A stretch of DNA of 32,000 nucleotides from Polyangiaceae bacterium (GCA_035644855.1 DASQNT010000467.1:3050-35049); one strand, 5' to 3'; positions 17,865 to 21,899 are shown, counted from the stretch's first letter. The notes: generated by a model not told the origin, from the sequence alone. Numbers and translations: made by a program.

Positions 17865-17885
17865 CCGCGCCCCGGGGAGCGTTTC

Positions 17886-17979
17886 GCCGGATGCGCCTGA
17901 TTGGAGGCATCTGTCCTCAGATTTTGCCTGGAAGGGCCGCCCGTGGACAGTTATCGAGGTTCAATTCCAACATCCGGCT
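17886..17979 (+). ncRNA. Degenerate tRNA-shaped / Y-RNA-like element (X0)
   Basis: 8-bp terminal stem GCCGGAUG/CAUCCGGC. D-arm GCCU-GAUUGG-AGGC. Where the anticodon arm should be there is a long stem CUGUCC (17911-17916) / GGACAG (17945-17950). It encloses UUUGCC-UGGAAG-GGCCG, a weakened copy of the UUGCCCG/CGGGCCGR helix of elements A-D. Then UUAUC and a T-loop-like GGUUCAAUUCC with a poor stem. Followed by a U-rich tail. Confidence 0.35.
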
Positions 17980-17990
17980 CTCGTTTTATA

Positions 17991-18115
17991 GTGACCGTAG
18001 CTTAACTGGTAGAGCGCTAAAAACACCGTCGCCGCCCCTTGCCCGGATCGGGCCGATGGATGACGGTTATCGACTGTTAATCGAGAAGATGCGGGTTCGA
18101 GTCCCGCCGGTCACG
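17991..18115 (+). ncRNA. tRNA-shaped RNA with Ro60-binding-type hairpin (Y-RNA-like element A)
   Basis: tRNA acceptor GUGACCG/CGGUCAC, D-arm GCUU-AACUGGUA-GAGC and T-arm GCGGG-UUCGAGU-CCCGC, G73. After the D-arm comes a ~45-nt arm with outer stem ACCGUC (18025-30) / GACGGU (18062-67). Its apical helix is UUGCCCG (18039-45) - GAU - CGGGC-C-GA (18049-56), that is G-C pairs, a bulged C, then G.U and A-U. A small hairpin follows, AUCGA-CUGUUAA-UCGAG (18069-85). Confidence 0.65.
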
Positions 18116-18120
18116 CTGTC

Positions 18121-18243
18121 AGGGCTGTAGTTTAATGGTAGAACGACATGCCGTCTTCAAACATTTGCCCGAGCCGGGCCGGATGGAGATGGTTACCGGA
18201 TTTGAAACCCTGGAAGGTGCGGGTTCGACCCCCGCCGGTCCTG
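18121..18243 (+). ncRNA. tRNA-shaped RNA with Ro60-binding-type hairpin (Y-RNA-like element B)
   Basis: Acceptor AGGGCUG/CGGUCCU. D-arm GUUU-AAUGGUA-GAAC. T-arm GCGGG-UUCGACC-CCCGC. G73 followed by ACUUUUUUG. Inserted arm: outer stem GCCGUC (18150-55) / GAUGGU (18188-93). Apical helix UUGCCCG (18165-71) - AGC - CGGGC-C-GG (18175-82). Confidence 0.65.
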
Positions 18244-18251
18244 ACTTTTTT

Positions 18252-18323
18252 GCCCTCGTATGCATCTGGTGAGGCAGCTTGACTGTCGATCAAGTGAGGG
18301 GAGTTCGATCCTCCTCGGGGGCG
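18252..18323 (+). tRNA. tRNA-Asp(GUC)
   Basis: Acceptor GCCCUCG/CGGGGGC. Anticodon arm CUUGA-CUGUCGA-UCAAG. T-arm GGGAG-UUCGAUC-CUCCU. G73. Confidence 0.85.
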
Positions 18324-18330
18324 CCTTATG

Positions 18331-18458
18331 GTGGCTGTAGCTCAATTGGTAGAGCGCTAAAAACGCCGTCGCCGCCCCTTGCCCGGAGACGGGCCGATGG
18401 ATGACGGTTATCGATTTGGATCGAGAGGTTGCGGGTTCGAGCCCCGTCAGTCACCCCA
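18331..18458 (+). ncRNA. tRNA-shaped RNA with Ro60-binding-type hairpin (Y-RNA-like element C, paralog of A, CCA encoded)
   Basis: Acceptor GUGGCUG/CAGUCAC. D-arm GCUC-AAUUGGUA-GAGC. T-arm GCGGG-UUCGAGC-CCCGU. C73 then CCA (18456-58). Inserted arm: GCCGUC (18365-70) / GACGGU (18403-08). Apical helix UUGCCCG (18379-85) - GAGA - CGGGC-C-GA (18390-97). The side hairpin has only a 4-6-nt loop (UCGA-UUUGGA-UCGA). Confidence 0.65.
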
Positions 18459-18459
18459 T

Positions 18460-18480
18460 GACGTATAGCTTAACGAAGTA
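18460..18480 (+). pseudogene. tRNA 5'-fragment (acceptor/D-arm remnant)
   Basis: GACGUAUAGCUUAACGAAGUA resembles the 5' part of elements A/C (..CCGUAGCUUAACUGG..). No downstream arms are present. Confidence 0.3.
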
Positions 18481-18481
18481 T

Positions 18482-18554
18482 GTCCCCGTGTCCGAACGGA
18501 GAAGGAGCTGGTTTCCTAAACCAGTGTGTGCAGGTTCGACTCCTGCCGGGGACG
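18482..18554 (+). tRNA. tRNA-Arg(CCU)
   Basis: Acceptor GUCCCCG/CGGGGAC. D-stem UCCG/AGGA. Anticodon arm CUGGU-UUCCUAA-ACCAG. T-arm GCAGG-UUCGACU-CCUGC. G73. Confidence 0.8.
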
Positions 18555-18558
18555 CCCC

Positions 18559-18679
18559 AGGGCTGTAGTTTAACGGCAGAACATCATACCGTTCTACGAT
18601 CCTTGCCCGACTCGGGCCGGAGCAGAACGGTTATCGGAACCTCACTCCGAAGGTGCGGGTTCGACTCCCGCCGGTCCTG
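18559..18679 (+). ncRNA. tRNA-shaped RNA with Ro60-binding-type hairpin (Y-RNA-like element D, paralog of B)
   Basis: Acceptor AGGGCUG/CGGUCCU. D-arm GUUU-AACGGCA-GAAC. T-arm GCGGG-UUCGACU-CCCGC. G73. Inserted arm: ACCGUUC (18588-94) / GAACGGU (18625-31). Apical helix UUGCCCG (18603-09) - ACU - CGGGC-C-GG (18613-20). Side hairpin UCGGA-ACCUCAC-UCCGA. Confidence 0.65.
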
Positions 18680-18687
18680 GACTTTAT

Positions 18688-18758
18688 GCGCCCGTATGCA
18701 ACTGGTACGCAGCTTGATTGTCGATCAAGTGATGGGAGTTCAATTCTCCTCGGGTGCG
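18688..18758 (+). tRNA. tRNA-Asp(GUC), second copy
   Basis: Acceptor GCGCCCG/CGGGUGC. Anticodon arm CUUGA-UUGUCGA-UCAAG. T-arm GGGAG-UUCAAUU-CUCCU. G73. Confidence 0.8.
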
Positions 18759-18782
18759 CCGGAGCCGAGAGGCTCCACACAT

Positions 18783-18853
18783 AGGATGTAGAGTCATGGT
18801 GACCGCGGAGCCTCCAAAACTCCTGCGAGAGGGTTCGATTCCTTCACATCCTG
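18783..18853 (+). tRNA. tRNA-Trp(CCA)
   Basis: Acceptor AGGAUGU/ACAUCCU with A1-U72 and G73, as in bacterial tRNA-Trp. Anticodon loop CUCCAAA. T-arm GAGGG-UUCGAUU-CCUUC. Short 3-bp D-stem GUC/GAC. Preceded by hairpin GGAGCC-GAGA-GGCUCC (18761-76). Confidence 0.75.
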
Positions 18854-18873
18854 CCGGGTCCGACGAGGACCAT

Positions 18874-18944
18874 GGGGATGTAGTTCAAAGGAAGAACCGC
18901 TGCTTCGCGAGCAGCAGATGCGGGTTCGAGTCCCGCCCTCTCCA
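18874..18944 (+). tRNA. tRNA-Ala(CGC)
   Basis: Acceptor GGGGAUG/CCUCUCC with the G3:U70 alanine identity pair and a U6/C67 mismatch. Anticodon arm GCUGC-UUCGCGA-GCAGC. T-arm GCGGG-UUCGAGU-CCCGC. A73. Confidence 0.8.
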
Positions 18945-18970
18945 CCGCAGCCGTATTGATTGAGTGTTCA

Positions 18971-19041
18971 GGGGATGTAGTTCAAAGGAAGAATCGCCGC
19001 TCGGCATGCGGCAGATGCGGGTTCGAGTCCCGCCTTCTCCA
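18971..19041 (+). tRNA. tRNA-Ala(GGC), C33 variant
   Basis: Acceptor GGGGAUG/CUUCUCC with G3:U70 and a U6/U67 mismatch. Anticodon arm GCCGC-UCGGCAU-GCGGC. T-arm GCGGG-UUCGAGU-CCCGC. A73. Confidence 0.7.
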
Positions 19042-19063
19042 CCGCAGGATTAGTAGGGTTTTC

Positions 19064-19134
19064 GGGGACGTAGCTCAAAGGAAGAGCCGCCGCCTTGCAA
19101 GCGGCAGATGCGGGTTCGAGTCCCGCCTTCTCCA
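19064..19134 (+). tRNA. tRNA-Ala(UGC)
   Basis: Acceptor GGGGACG/CUUCUCC with G3:U70 and a C6/U67 mismatch. Anticodon arm GCCGC-CUUGCAA-GCGGC. T-arm GCGGG-UUCGAGU-CCCGC. A73. Confidence 0.8.
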
Positions 19135-19139
19135 CCGAC

Positions 19140-19212
19140 GCCACCCAGGCCCAGGAGGCGGGGCACCTGTTTGGTACACAGGAGACGGCGGGTTCGATTC
19201 CCGCGGGTGGCT
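19140..19212 (+). tRNA. tRNA-Thr(GGU)
   Basis: Acceptor GCCACCC/GGGUGGC. D-stem GCCC/GGGC. Anticodon arm CCUGU-UUGGUAC-ACAGG. T-arm GCGGG-UUCGAUU-CCCGC. Confidence 0.85.
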
Positions 19213-19226
19213 CTACGTAAACGTTC

Positions 19227-19300
19227 GCGGGCATCGTCCAACGGTAGGACCTGAGTCTTCCAAACTCATTGTGCGGGTTCGACTCCCGCTGTCCGCTCCA
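19227..19300 (+). tRNA. tRNA-Gly(UCC)
   Basis: Acceptor GCGGGCA/UGUCCGC. Anticodon arm UGAGU-CUUCCAA-ACUCA. T-arm GCGGG-UUCGACU-CCCGC. U73 plus CCA encoded. Confidence 0.9.
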
Positions 19301-19319
19301 GGCAGCAGCAGTAATTTTT

Positions 19320-19390
19320 GCGGTGGTAGTTCAACGGTAGAATTCGAGGATGCCAGCCTTGAGATCCGGGTTCGATTCCCGGTCACCGCA
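19320..19390 (+). tRNA. tRNA-Gly(GCC)
   Basis: Acceptor GCGGUGG/UCACCGC. Anticodon arm CGAGG-AUGCCAG-CCUUG. T-arm CCGGG-UUCGAUU-CCCGG. A73 followed by CC. Confidence 0.8.
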
Positions 19391-19401
19391 CCGTTCTTAT
19401 T

Positions 19402-19473
19402 GAGCCGGTTCTCTGGCGAGGTGCTCGCTCTGCAAAAGCGGGCGTGAGGGTTCAATTCCCTCCCGGCTCTCCA
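19402..19473 (+). tRNA. tRNA-Cys(GCA)
   Basis: Acceptor GAGCCGG/CCGGCUC. Anticodon arm UCGCU-CUGCAAA-AGCGG. T-arm GAGGG-UUCAAUU-CCCUC. U73 (Cys identity) plus CCA encoded. Compact D-arm. Confidence 0.75.
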
Positions 19474-19474
19474 C

Positions 19475-19547
19475 GCCTCGGTAGCATAACGGAGAGTGCA
19501 GGCGGCTTCTACCCGCCAATGTGGGGGTTCGACTCCCTCCCGGGGCG
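19475..19547 (+). tRNA. tRNA-Arg(UCU)
   Basis: Acceptor GCCUCGG/CCGGGGC. D-arm GCAU-AACGGAGA-GUGC. Anticodon arm GGCGG-CUUCUAC-CCGCC. T-arm GGGGG-UUCGACU-CCCUC. Starts 1 nt after the CCA of tRNA-Cys. Confidence 0.8.
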
Positions 19548-19575
19548 CCTTGATAAATGACTTAAACAAATAGAA

Positions 19576-19615
19576 TCTCACCTCGGAAACGCGGGTTCGA
19601 ATCCCGCTGAGGACG
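19576..19615 (+). pseudogene. Orphan 3' half of a tRNA-Glu-like gene
   Basis: UCUCACCUCGGAAAC-GCGGG-UUCGAAU-CCCGC-UGAGGAC-G parallels the 3' half of tRNA-Glu at 19629-19704. It is preceded by AT-rich sequence, and no matching GUCCUCA 5' strand lies nearby. Confidence 0.5.
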
Positions 19616-19628
19616 CCGACGCACATCT

Positions 19629-19704
19629 GTCCCCATCCTTGCTAGCTGGTTCAGGCAGCCGGGCCCTCATCCCGGAAACGCGGGTTCGAATCCCGCTGGG
19701 GACG
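19629..19704 (+). tRNA. tRNA-Glu(CUC), C33 variant
   Basis: Acceptor GUCCCCA/UGGGGAC with G73 (Glu-like). D-stem CUUG/CAGG. Anticodon arm CCGGG-CCCUCAU-CCCGG. T-arm GCGGG-UUCGAAU-CCCGC. Three nt instead of one lie between the D and anticodon stems. Confidence 0.7.
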
Positions 19705-19708
19705 CTAA

Positions 19709-19783
19709 GGTACGCGACGGGTTTCAACACGCACAGCTCGAGCCATCCGAAAGGATGTGTGCGCGCCTTATCCGCCGCGTACC
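19709..19783 (+). ncRNA. Unclassified tRNA-sized structured element
   Basis: 8-bp terminal stem GGUACGCG (19709-16) / CGCGUACC (19776-83). An internal coaxial hairpin CGCACA..CAUCC-GAAA-GGAUG-UGUGCG carries an 8-nt bulge GCUCGAGC. There is no canonical T-loop or anticodon arm. Confidence 0.3.
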
Positions 19784-19791
19784 GCAAATCT

Positions 19792-19866
19792 CTCCCTGTC
19801 TCGGCGGTATCCGAGCACCGGTCTACGAAATCGGTTGTCTCCGTTCAACTCGGAGCAGGGAGGCCA
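19792..19866 (+). tRNA. tRNA-Arg(ACG), atypical D-arm
   Basis: Acceptor CUCCCUG/CAGGGAG. Possible 5-bp D-stem CUCGG/CCGAG. 6-bp anticodon stem ACCGGU/AUCGGU with loop CUACGAA. T-arm CUCCG-UUCAACU-CGGAG. G73 plus CCA encoded. Confidence 0.65.
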
Positions 19867-19869
19867 AGC

Positions 19870-19940
19870 GCCTTTGTTCTGGCGGCACCAGAGGCAAGCC
19901 TCCGAAGCTTGCTATCCGGGTTCAACTCCCGGCAAAGGCT
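19870..19940 (+). tRNA. tRNA-Arg(CCG), extended anticodon stem
   Basis: Acceptor GCCUUUG/CAAAGGC. D-arm CUGG-CGGCA-CCAG. 7-bp anticodon stem GGCAAGC/GCUUGCU with loop CUCCGAA. T-arm CCGGG-UUCAACU-CCCGG. Confidence 0.65.
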
Positions 19941-19946
19941 TGTAAA

Positions 19947-20018
19947 CGCGATGGCTCAGGGTGAGAGGCGGCCCTCATAAGGCTGTCCGTGAGGGTTCGA
20001 TTCCCTCCGTCGCGACCA
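19947..20018 (+). tRNA. tRNA-Met(CAU) (elongator or Ile2-type; not initiator-like)
   Basis: Acceptor CGCGAUG/CGUCGCG. Very compact D-arm (CUC-AGGGUGA-GAG). Anticodon arm CGGCC-CUCAUAA-GGCUG, which lacks the three consecutive G-C pairs of initiators. T-arm GAGGG-UUCGAUU-CCCUC. A73 plus CCA encoded. Confidence 0.6.
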
Positions 20019-20019
20019 T

Positions 20020-20097
20020 CGAGGTGTGGCTCAATCTGGTTAGAGCACCGCGTTCGGGACGCGGGGACTGCCGGTTCGAATCCGGCCACCTCGACCA
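20020..20097 (+). tRNA. tRNA-Pro(CGG)
   Basis: Acceptor CGAGGUG/CACCUCG with C1-G72 and A73. D-arm GCUC-AAUCUGGUUA-GAGC. Anticodon arm CCGCG-UUCGGGA-CGCGG. T-arm GCCGG-UUCGAAU-CCGGC. CCA encoded. Starts 1 nt after the previous CCA. Confidence 0.9.
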
Positions 20098-20117
20098 TCT
20101 CTCCAAAAAACATTTTC

Positions 20118-20194
20118 GCGGGGCGAGCCAGCTGGAGACGGCGCCTGGCCTACACCCAGGTCTCGCATGGGTTCGATTCCCTGGCCCCGTACCA
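20118..20194 (+). tRNA. tRNA-Val(UAC), C33 variant
   Basis: Acceptor GCGGGGC/GCCCCGU (G1.U72). D-arm GCCA-GCUGGAGA-CGGC. Anticodon arm CCUGG-CCUACAC-CCAGG. T-loop UUCGAUU with a weak T-stem. A73 plus CCA encoded. Confidence 0.65.
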
Positions 20195-20227
20195 TCCGGA
20201 GCGGATGTACTCGTCGCCCCGGCGGGA

Positions 20228-20299
20228 GGACCACAAGATCTGGTCGATCTGCGGCGTCTTATAAGCGCCTGCGGCGGGGTCCGATTCCCCGGTGGTCCA
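20228..20299 (+). tRNA. tRNA-Ile(UAU)-like, non-canonical T-loop
   Basis: Acceptor GGACCAC/GUGGUCC. D-arm GAUC-UGGUC-GAUC. Anticodon arm GGCGU-CUUAUAA-GCGCC. T-arm CGGGG-UCCGAUU-CCCCG, with C where U55 is expected. A73 followed by CC. Confidence 0.55.
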
Positions 20300-20346
20300 C
20301 CGGAGATAGAGAGAGGTATTGAGGAGCAATTCGGCTGAAGAATTCA

Positions 20347-20422
20347 GGGGTAGGACGGTACGGTTTACCTGGGCTCTCTGATACGGAGCCCGGCCCGTGT
20401 TCGACTCACGGCTACCCCACCA
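20347..20422 (+). tRNA. tRNA-Ile(GAU)
   Basis: Acceptor GGGGUAG/CUACCCC. Anticodon arm GCUCU-CUGAUAC-GGAGC. T-arm CCGUG-UUCGACU-CACGG. A73 plus CCA encoded. Confidence 0.8.
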
Positions 20423-20423
20423 C

Positions 20424-20498
20424 GCGGAGCTCGCTCTCTGGGAGAGCACCGGCTCGACAAGCCGGGCCAGGTGGGTTCGATTCCCGCGCTCCGTACCA
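20424..20498 (+). tRNA. tRNA-Val(GAC), C33 variant
   Basis: Acceptor GCGGAGC/GCUCCGU (G1.U72). D-arm GCUC-UCUGGGA-GAGC. Anticodon arm CCGGC-UCGACAA-GCCGG. T-arm GUGGG-UUCGAUU-CCCGC. A73 plus CCA encoded. 1-nt spacer on each side. Confidence 0.7.
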
Positions 20499-20499
20499 T

Positions 20500-20583
20500 G
20501 TCCAGGTGGCGGAATGGCATACGCGACGGTCTCAGAAACCGGCCCTTCGGGGTATGAGGGTTCGAGTCCCTCTCTGGACACCA
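20500..20583 (+). tRNA. tRNA-Leu(CAG), type II
   Basis: Acceptor GUCCAGG/UCUGGAC. D-arm GCGG-AAUGGCAUA-CGCG. Anticodon loop CUCAGAA. Variable arm CCC-UUCG-GGG. T-arm GAGGG-UUCGAGU-CCCUC. A73 plus CCA encoded. Confidence 0.85.
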
Positions 20584-20608
20584 TTGCTTAACTTCATGAT
20601 TGATACAT

Positions 20609-20691
20609 GCCACCGTGGCGGAATGGCATACGCGACAGGCTGAGAACCTGTGCTCCCACGGAGTATGAGGGTTCGACTCCCTCCGGTGGTA
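20609..20691 (+). tRNA. tRNA-Leu(GAG), type II
   Basis: Acceptor GCCACCG/CGGUGGU (G1.U72). Same D-arm as the Leu(CAG) gene. Anticodon arm ACAGG-CUGAGAA-CCUGU. Variable arm CUCC-CA-CGGAG-like. T-arm GAGGG-UUCGACU-CCCUC. A73 followed by CC. Confidence 0.8.
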
Positions 20692-20717
20692 CCTCGTAGT
20701 ATCCACAAAAAGACCAG

Positions 20718-20750
20718 AGCCCCGGCGCCGCCGGGAGCTATCATTTCTTA
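20718..20750 (+). terminator. Terminator-like hairpin after the second tRNA block
   Basis: AGC-CCCGGC (20718-26) pairs with GCCGGG-(A)-GCU (20730-39), followed by AUCAUUUCUUA. Confidence 0.4.
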
Positions 20751-20811
20751 CGCAGCTTGATCCGCGCCGGGAGGCGACAATGAAGAAGAAGAGGCGAAGG
20801 TGAGGTGAACC

Positions 20812-21333
20812 ATGTCCGCGCGAACGCTCCTTTTGACCCCCTGGATGATGCCGCACAAGATCATCTCGTGGCAGGACGCCGTCACGATGATGTTCCTCAA
20901 CAAGGTGGAAGTGCTCGAGGCCTACGACGAGGAGATCGTCTCGCCGTCGCTGGCGATCCGCATGCCCGCCGTGGTCCGGCTCAAGAGGTCCGCGAGCAAC
21001 ACGAAGCGCGGCGTTAAGTTCAGCCGCATCAACGTCTTTACCCGCGACGGGTTCCGCTGCCAGTACTGCGGCGACAAGAAGCGGATGGGCGAGCTCAACT
21101 ACGACCACGTGATCCCCCGTATGCAGGGAGGAAAGACGGTCTGGGAGAACATCGTGACGGCGTGCTACCCCTGCAACAACAAGAAGAGGGGCCGCACGCC
21201 CGAGCAGGCTGGGATGACGCTCCTCTCGCGACCAATCAAGCCGAAGTCGCTGCCGCTCACGCCGGCGCTCCTCGACCTCCGGACGATCCCGCCCGCGTGG
21301 TCAGGATACTGCGCGTCGATCGGCGCCGCGTAA
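20812..21333 (+). CDS. HNH endonuclease
   Basis: RBS GAAGGUGAGGUG about 5 nt upstream of the ATG. HNH/zinc motif DGFRCQYCG...NYDHVIPRMQGGKTVWENIVTACYPCNNKK. 173 aa. Confidence 0.9.
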   Translation: MSARTLLLTPWMMPHKIISWQDAVTMMFLNKVEVLEAYDEEIVSPSLAIRMPAVVRLKRSASNTKRGVKFSRINVFTRDGFRCQYCGDKKRMGELNYDHVIPRMQGGKTVWENIVTACYPCNNKKRGRTPEQAGMTLLSRPIKPKSLPLTPALLDLRTIPPAWSGYCASIGAA

Positions 21334-21373
21334 GAACCAACCTACGTCATTGATCAAAAAATGAGCGCCTCGG

Positions 21374-21403
21374 GCGCGCTCGCTCGGTGCTGAGCGAGCG
21401 CGC
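21374..21403 (+). other. Perfect 12-bp inverted repeat downstream of the HNH gene
   Basis: GCGCGCUCGCUC (21374-85), a 6-nt loop, then GAGCGAGCGCGC (21392-403). An A-tract precedes it, and no U-tract follows. Confidence 0.5.
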
Positions 21404-21417
21404 TCGGGCCCTCGCCT

Positions 21418-21492
21418 CGGGGTGTAGCTTAGCCAGGCAAAAGCGCGTGACTGGGGGTCACGAGATCGCTGGTTCAATTCCAGTCACCCCGA
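21418..21492 (+). tRNA. tRNA-Pro(GGG)
   Basis: Acceptor CGGGGUG/CACCCCG with C1-G72 and A73. Anticodon arm CGUGA-CUGGGGG-UCACG. T-arm GCUGG-UUCAAUU-CCAGU. Confidence 0.8.
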
Positions 21493-21511
21493 CCGGGTTT
21501 TAGCAGTTCAA

Positions 21512-21599
21512 GGAAGCGAAGCCGGCGAGGCGCCGGGCCCGCCTGGAAAGCGGTGCGCACCCATTCTCCGGGTGTGGGATTCGAGTTCTCTCGCTTCCG
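21512..21599 (+). tRNA. tRNA-Ser(GGA), type II
   Basis: Acceptor GGAAGCG/CGCUUCC with G73 (Ser-like). D-stem GCC/GGC. Anticodon stem CCGC/GCGG with loop CUGGAAA. Variable arm CACCC-AUUCUCC-GGGUG. Weak T-arm UGGGA-UUCGAGU-UCUCU. Confidence 0.7.
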
Positions 21600-21611
21600 C
21601 CGAGCACAGAA

Positions 21612-21694
21612 GGAGAGCAAACCGGCCCGGGGCCGGCGCCGTCTTGAAAACGGATGGACGGGCGACCGTTGGGGTTCGACACCTCTGTTCTCCG
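21612..21694 (+). tRNA. tRNA-Ser(UGA), type II
   Basis: Acceptor GGAGAGC/GUUCUCC, G73. Anticodon stem CCGU/ACGG with loop CUUGAAA. Variable arm ACGG-GCGA-CCGU. T-loop UUCGACA. Confidence 0.75.
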
Positions 21695-21708
21695 CAGCTC
21701 ACGATTCT

Positions 21709-21793
21709 GGAAGGTGAATCGGCCAGGGGCCGAGCCTGTTTCGAAAGCAGTGCGATGTCAGACGGCATTGGGGATCGAGACCTCCGCCTTCCG
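21709..21793 (+). tRNA. tRNA-Ser(CGA), type II, atypical T-loop
   Basis: Acceptor GGAAGGU/GCCUUCC, G73. Anticodon stem CUGU/GCAG with loop UUCGAAA. Long variable arm. T-loop AUCGAGA, with A at position 54. Confidence 0.65.
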
Positions 21794-21825
21794 CCGGTCA
21801 ACGAGAAGTACCAAAACAAACGTAC

Positions 21826-21899
21826 GCGGTGATGGTAGAGCGGTAGAATCTGAGAGTCCCATCCTCAGGATCCGGGTTCGATCCCCGGTCGCCGCACCA
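21826..21899 (+). tRNA. tRNA-Gly(CCC)
   Basis: Acceptor GCGGUGA/UCGCCGC. D-arm GUAG-AGCGGUA-GAAU. Anticodon loop GUCCCAU with stem UGAGA/CCUCA (1 mismatch). T-arm CCGGG-UUCGAUC-CCCGG. A73 plus CCA encoded. Confidence 0.75.

Larger units (their letters stand above)
17991..18758 (+). repeat. Tandem duplication of the module [Y-like A/C - Y-like B/D - tRNA-Asp]
   Basis: A resembles C, B resembles D and Asp1 resembles Asp2 by eye, in the same order. The second copy has a tRNA fragment plus tRNA-Arg(CCU) inserted between C and D. Confidence 0.7.

Noticed and set aside
17991-18243. Reading a canonical, permuted YrlA from the loop of element A's Ro-type hairpin to the loop of element B's hairpin. 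This would give 5'-CGGGCCGA... and ...UUGCCCG-3' ends, with A's 3' acceptor strand pairing with B's 5' strand.
   Set aside because: It is possible on paper: 5 bp form between CGGUCAC and AGGGCUG. However, C and D are separated by a complete tRNA-Arg, each element is self-complementary on its own, and C encodes CCA. The self-contained tRNA-shaped fold is therefore more parsimonious. It remains an alternative that end-mapping could test.
17991-18679. Intron-containing tRNAs, with group I or other introns explaining the 40-50-nt insertions.
   Set aside because: The inserts are far too short for group I or II introns. They also lie 5' of the anticodon-like hairpin rather than in the anticodon loop. 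Bacteria lack the archaeal/eukaryal splicing endonuclease context (no bulge-helix-bulge motif is seen).
14904-21108. ORFs lying over the tRNA array, for example 15171-15665, 18956-19447, 19213-19626, 19961-20338, 20150-20584 and 20365-21108.
   Set aside because: They run through back-to-back cloverleaf genes. Their peptides contain repeated translations of T-arm and acceptor sequences (for example GFESRLLHRR, GIEPTS) and they have no RBS.
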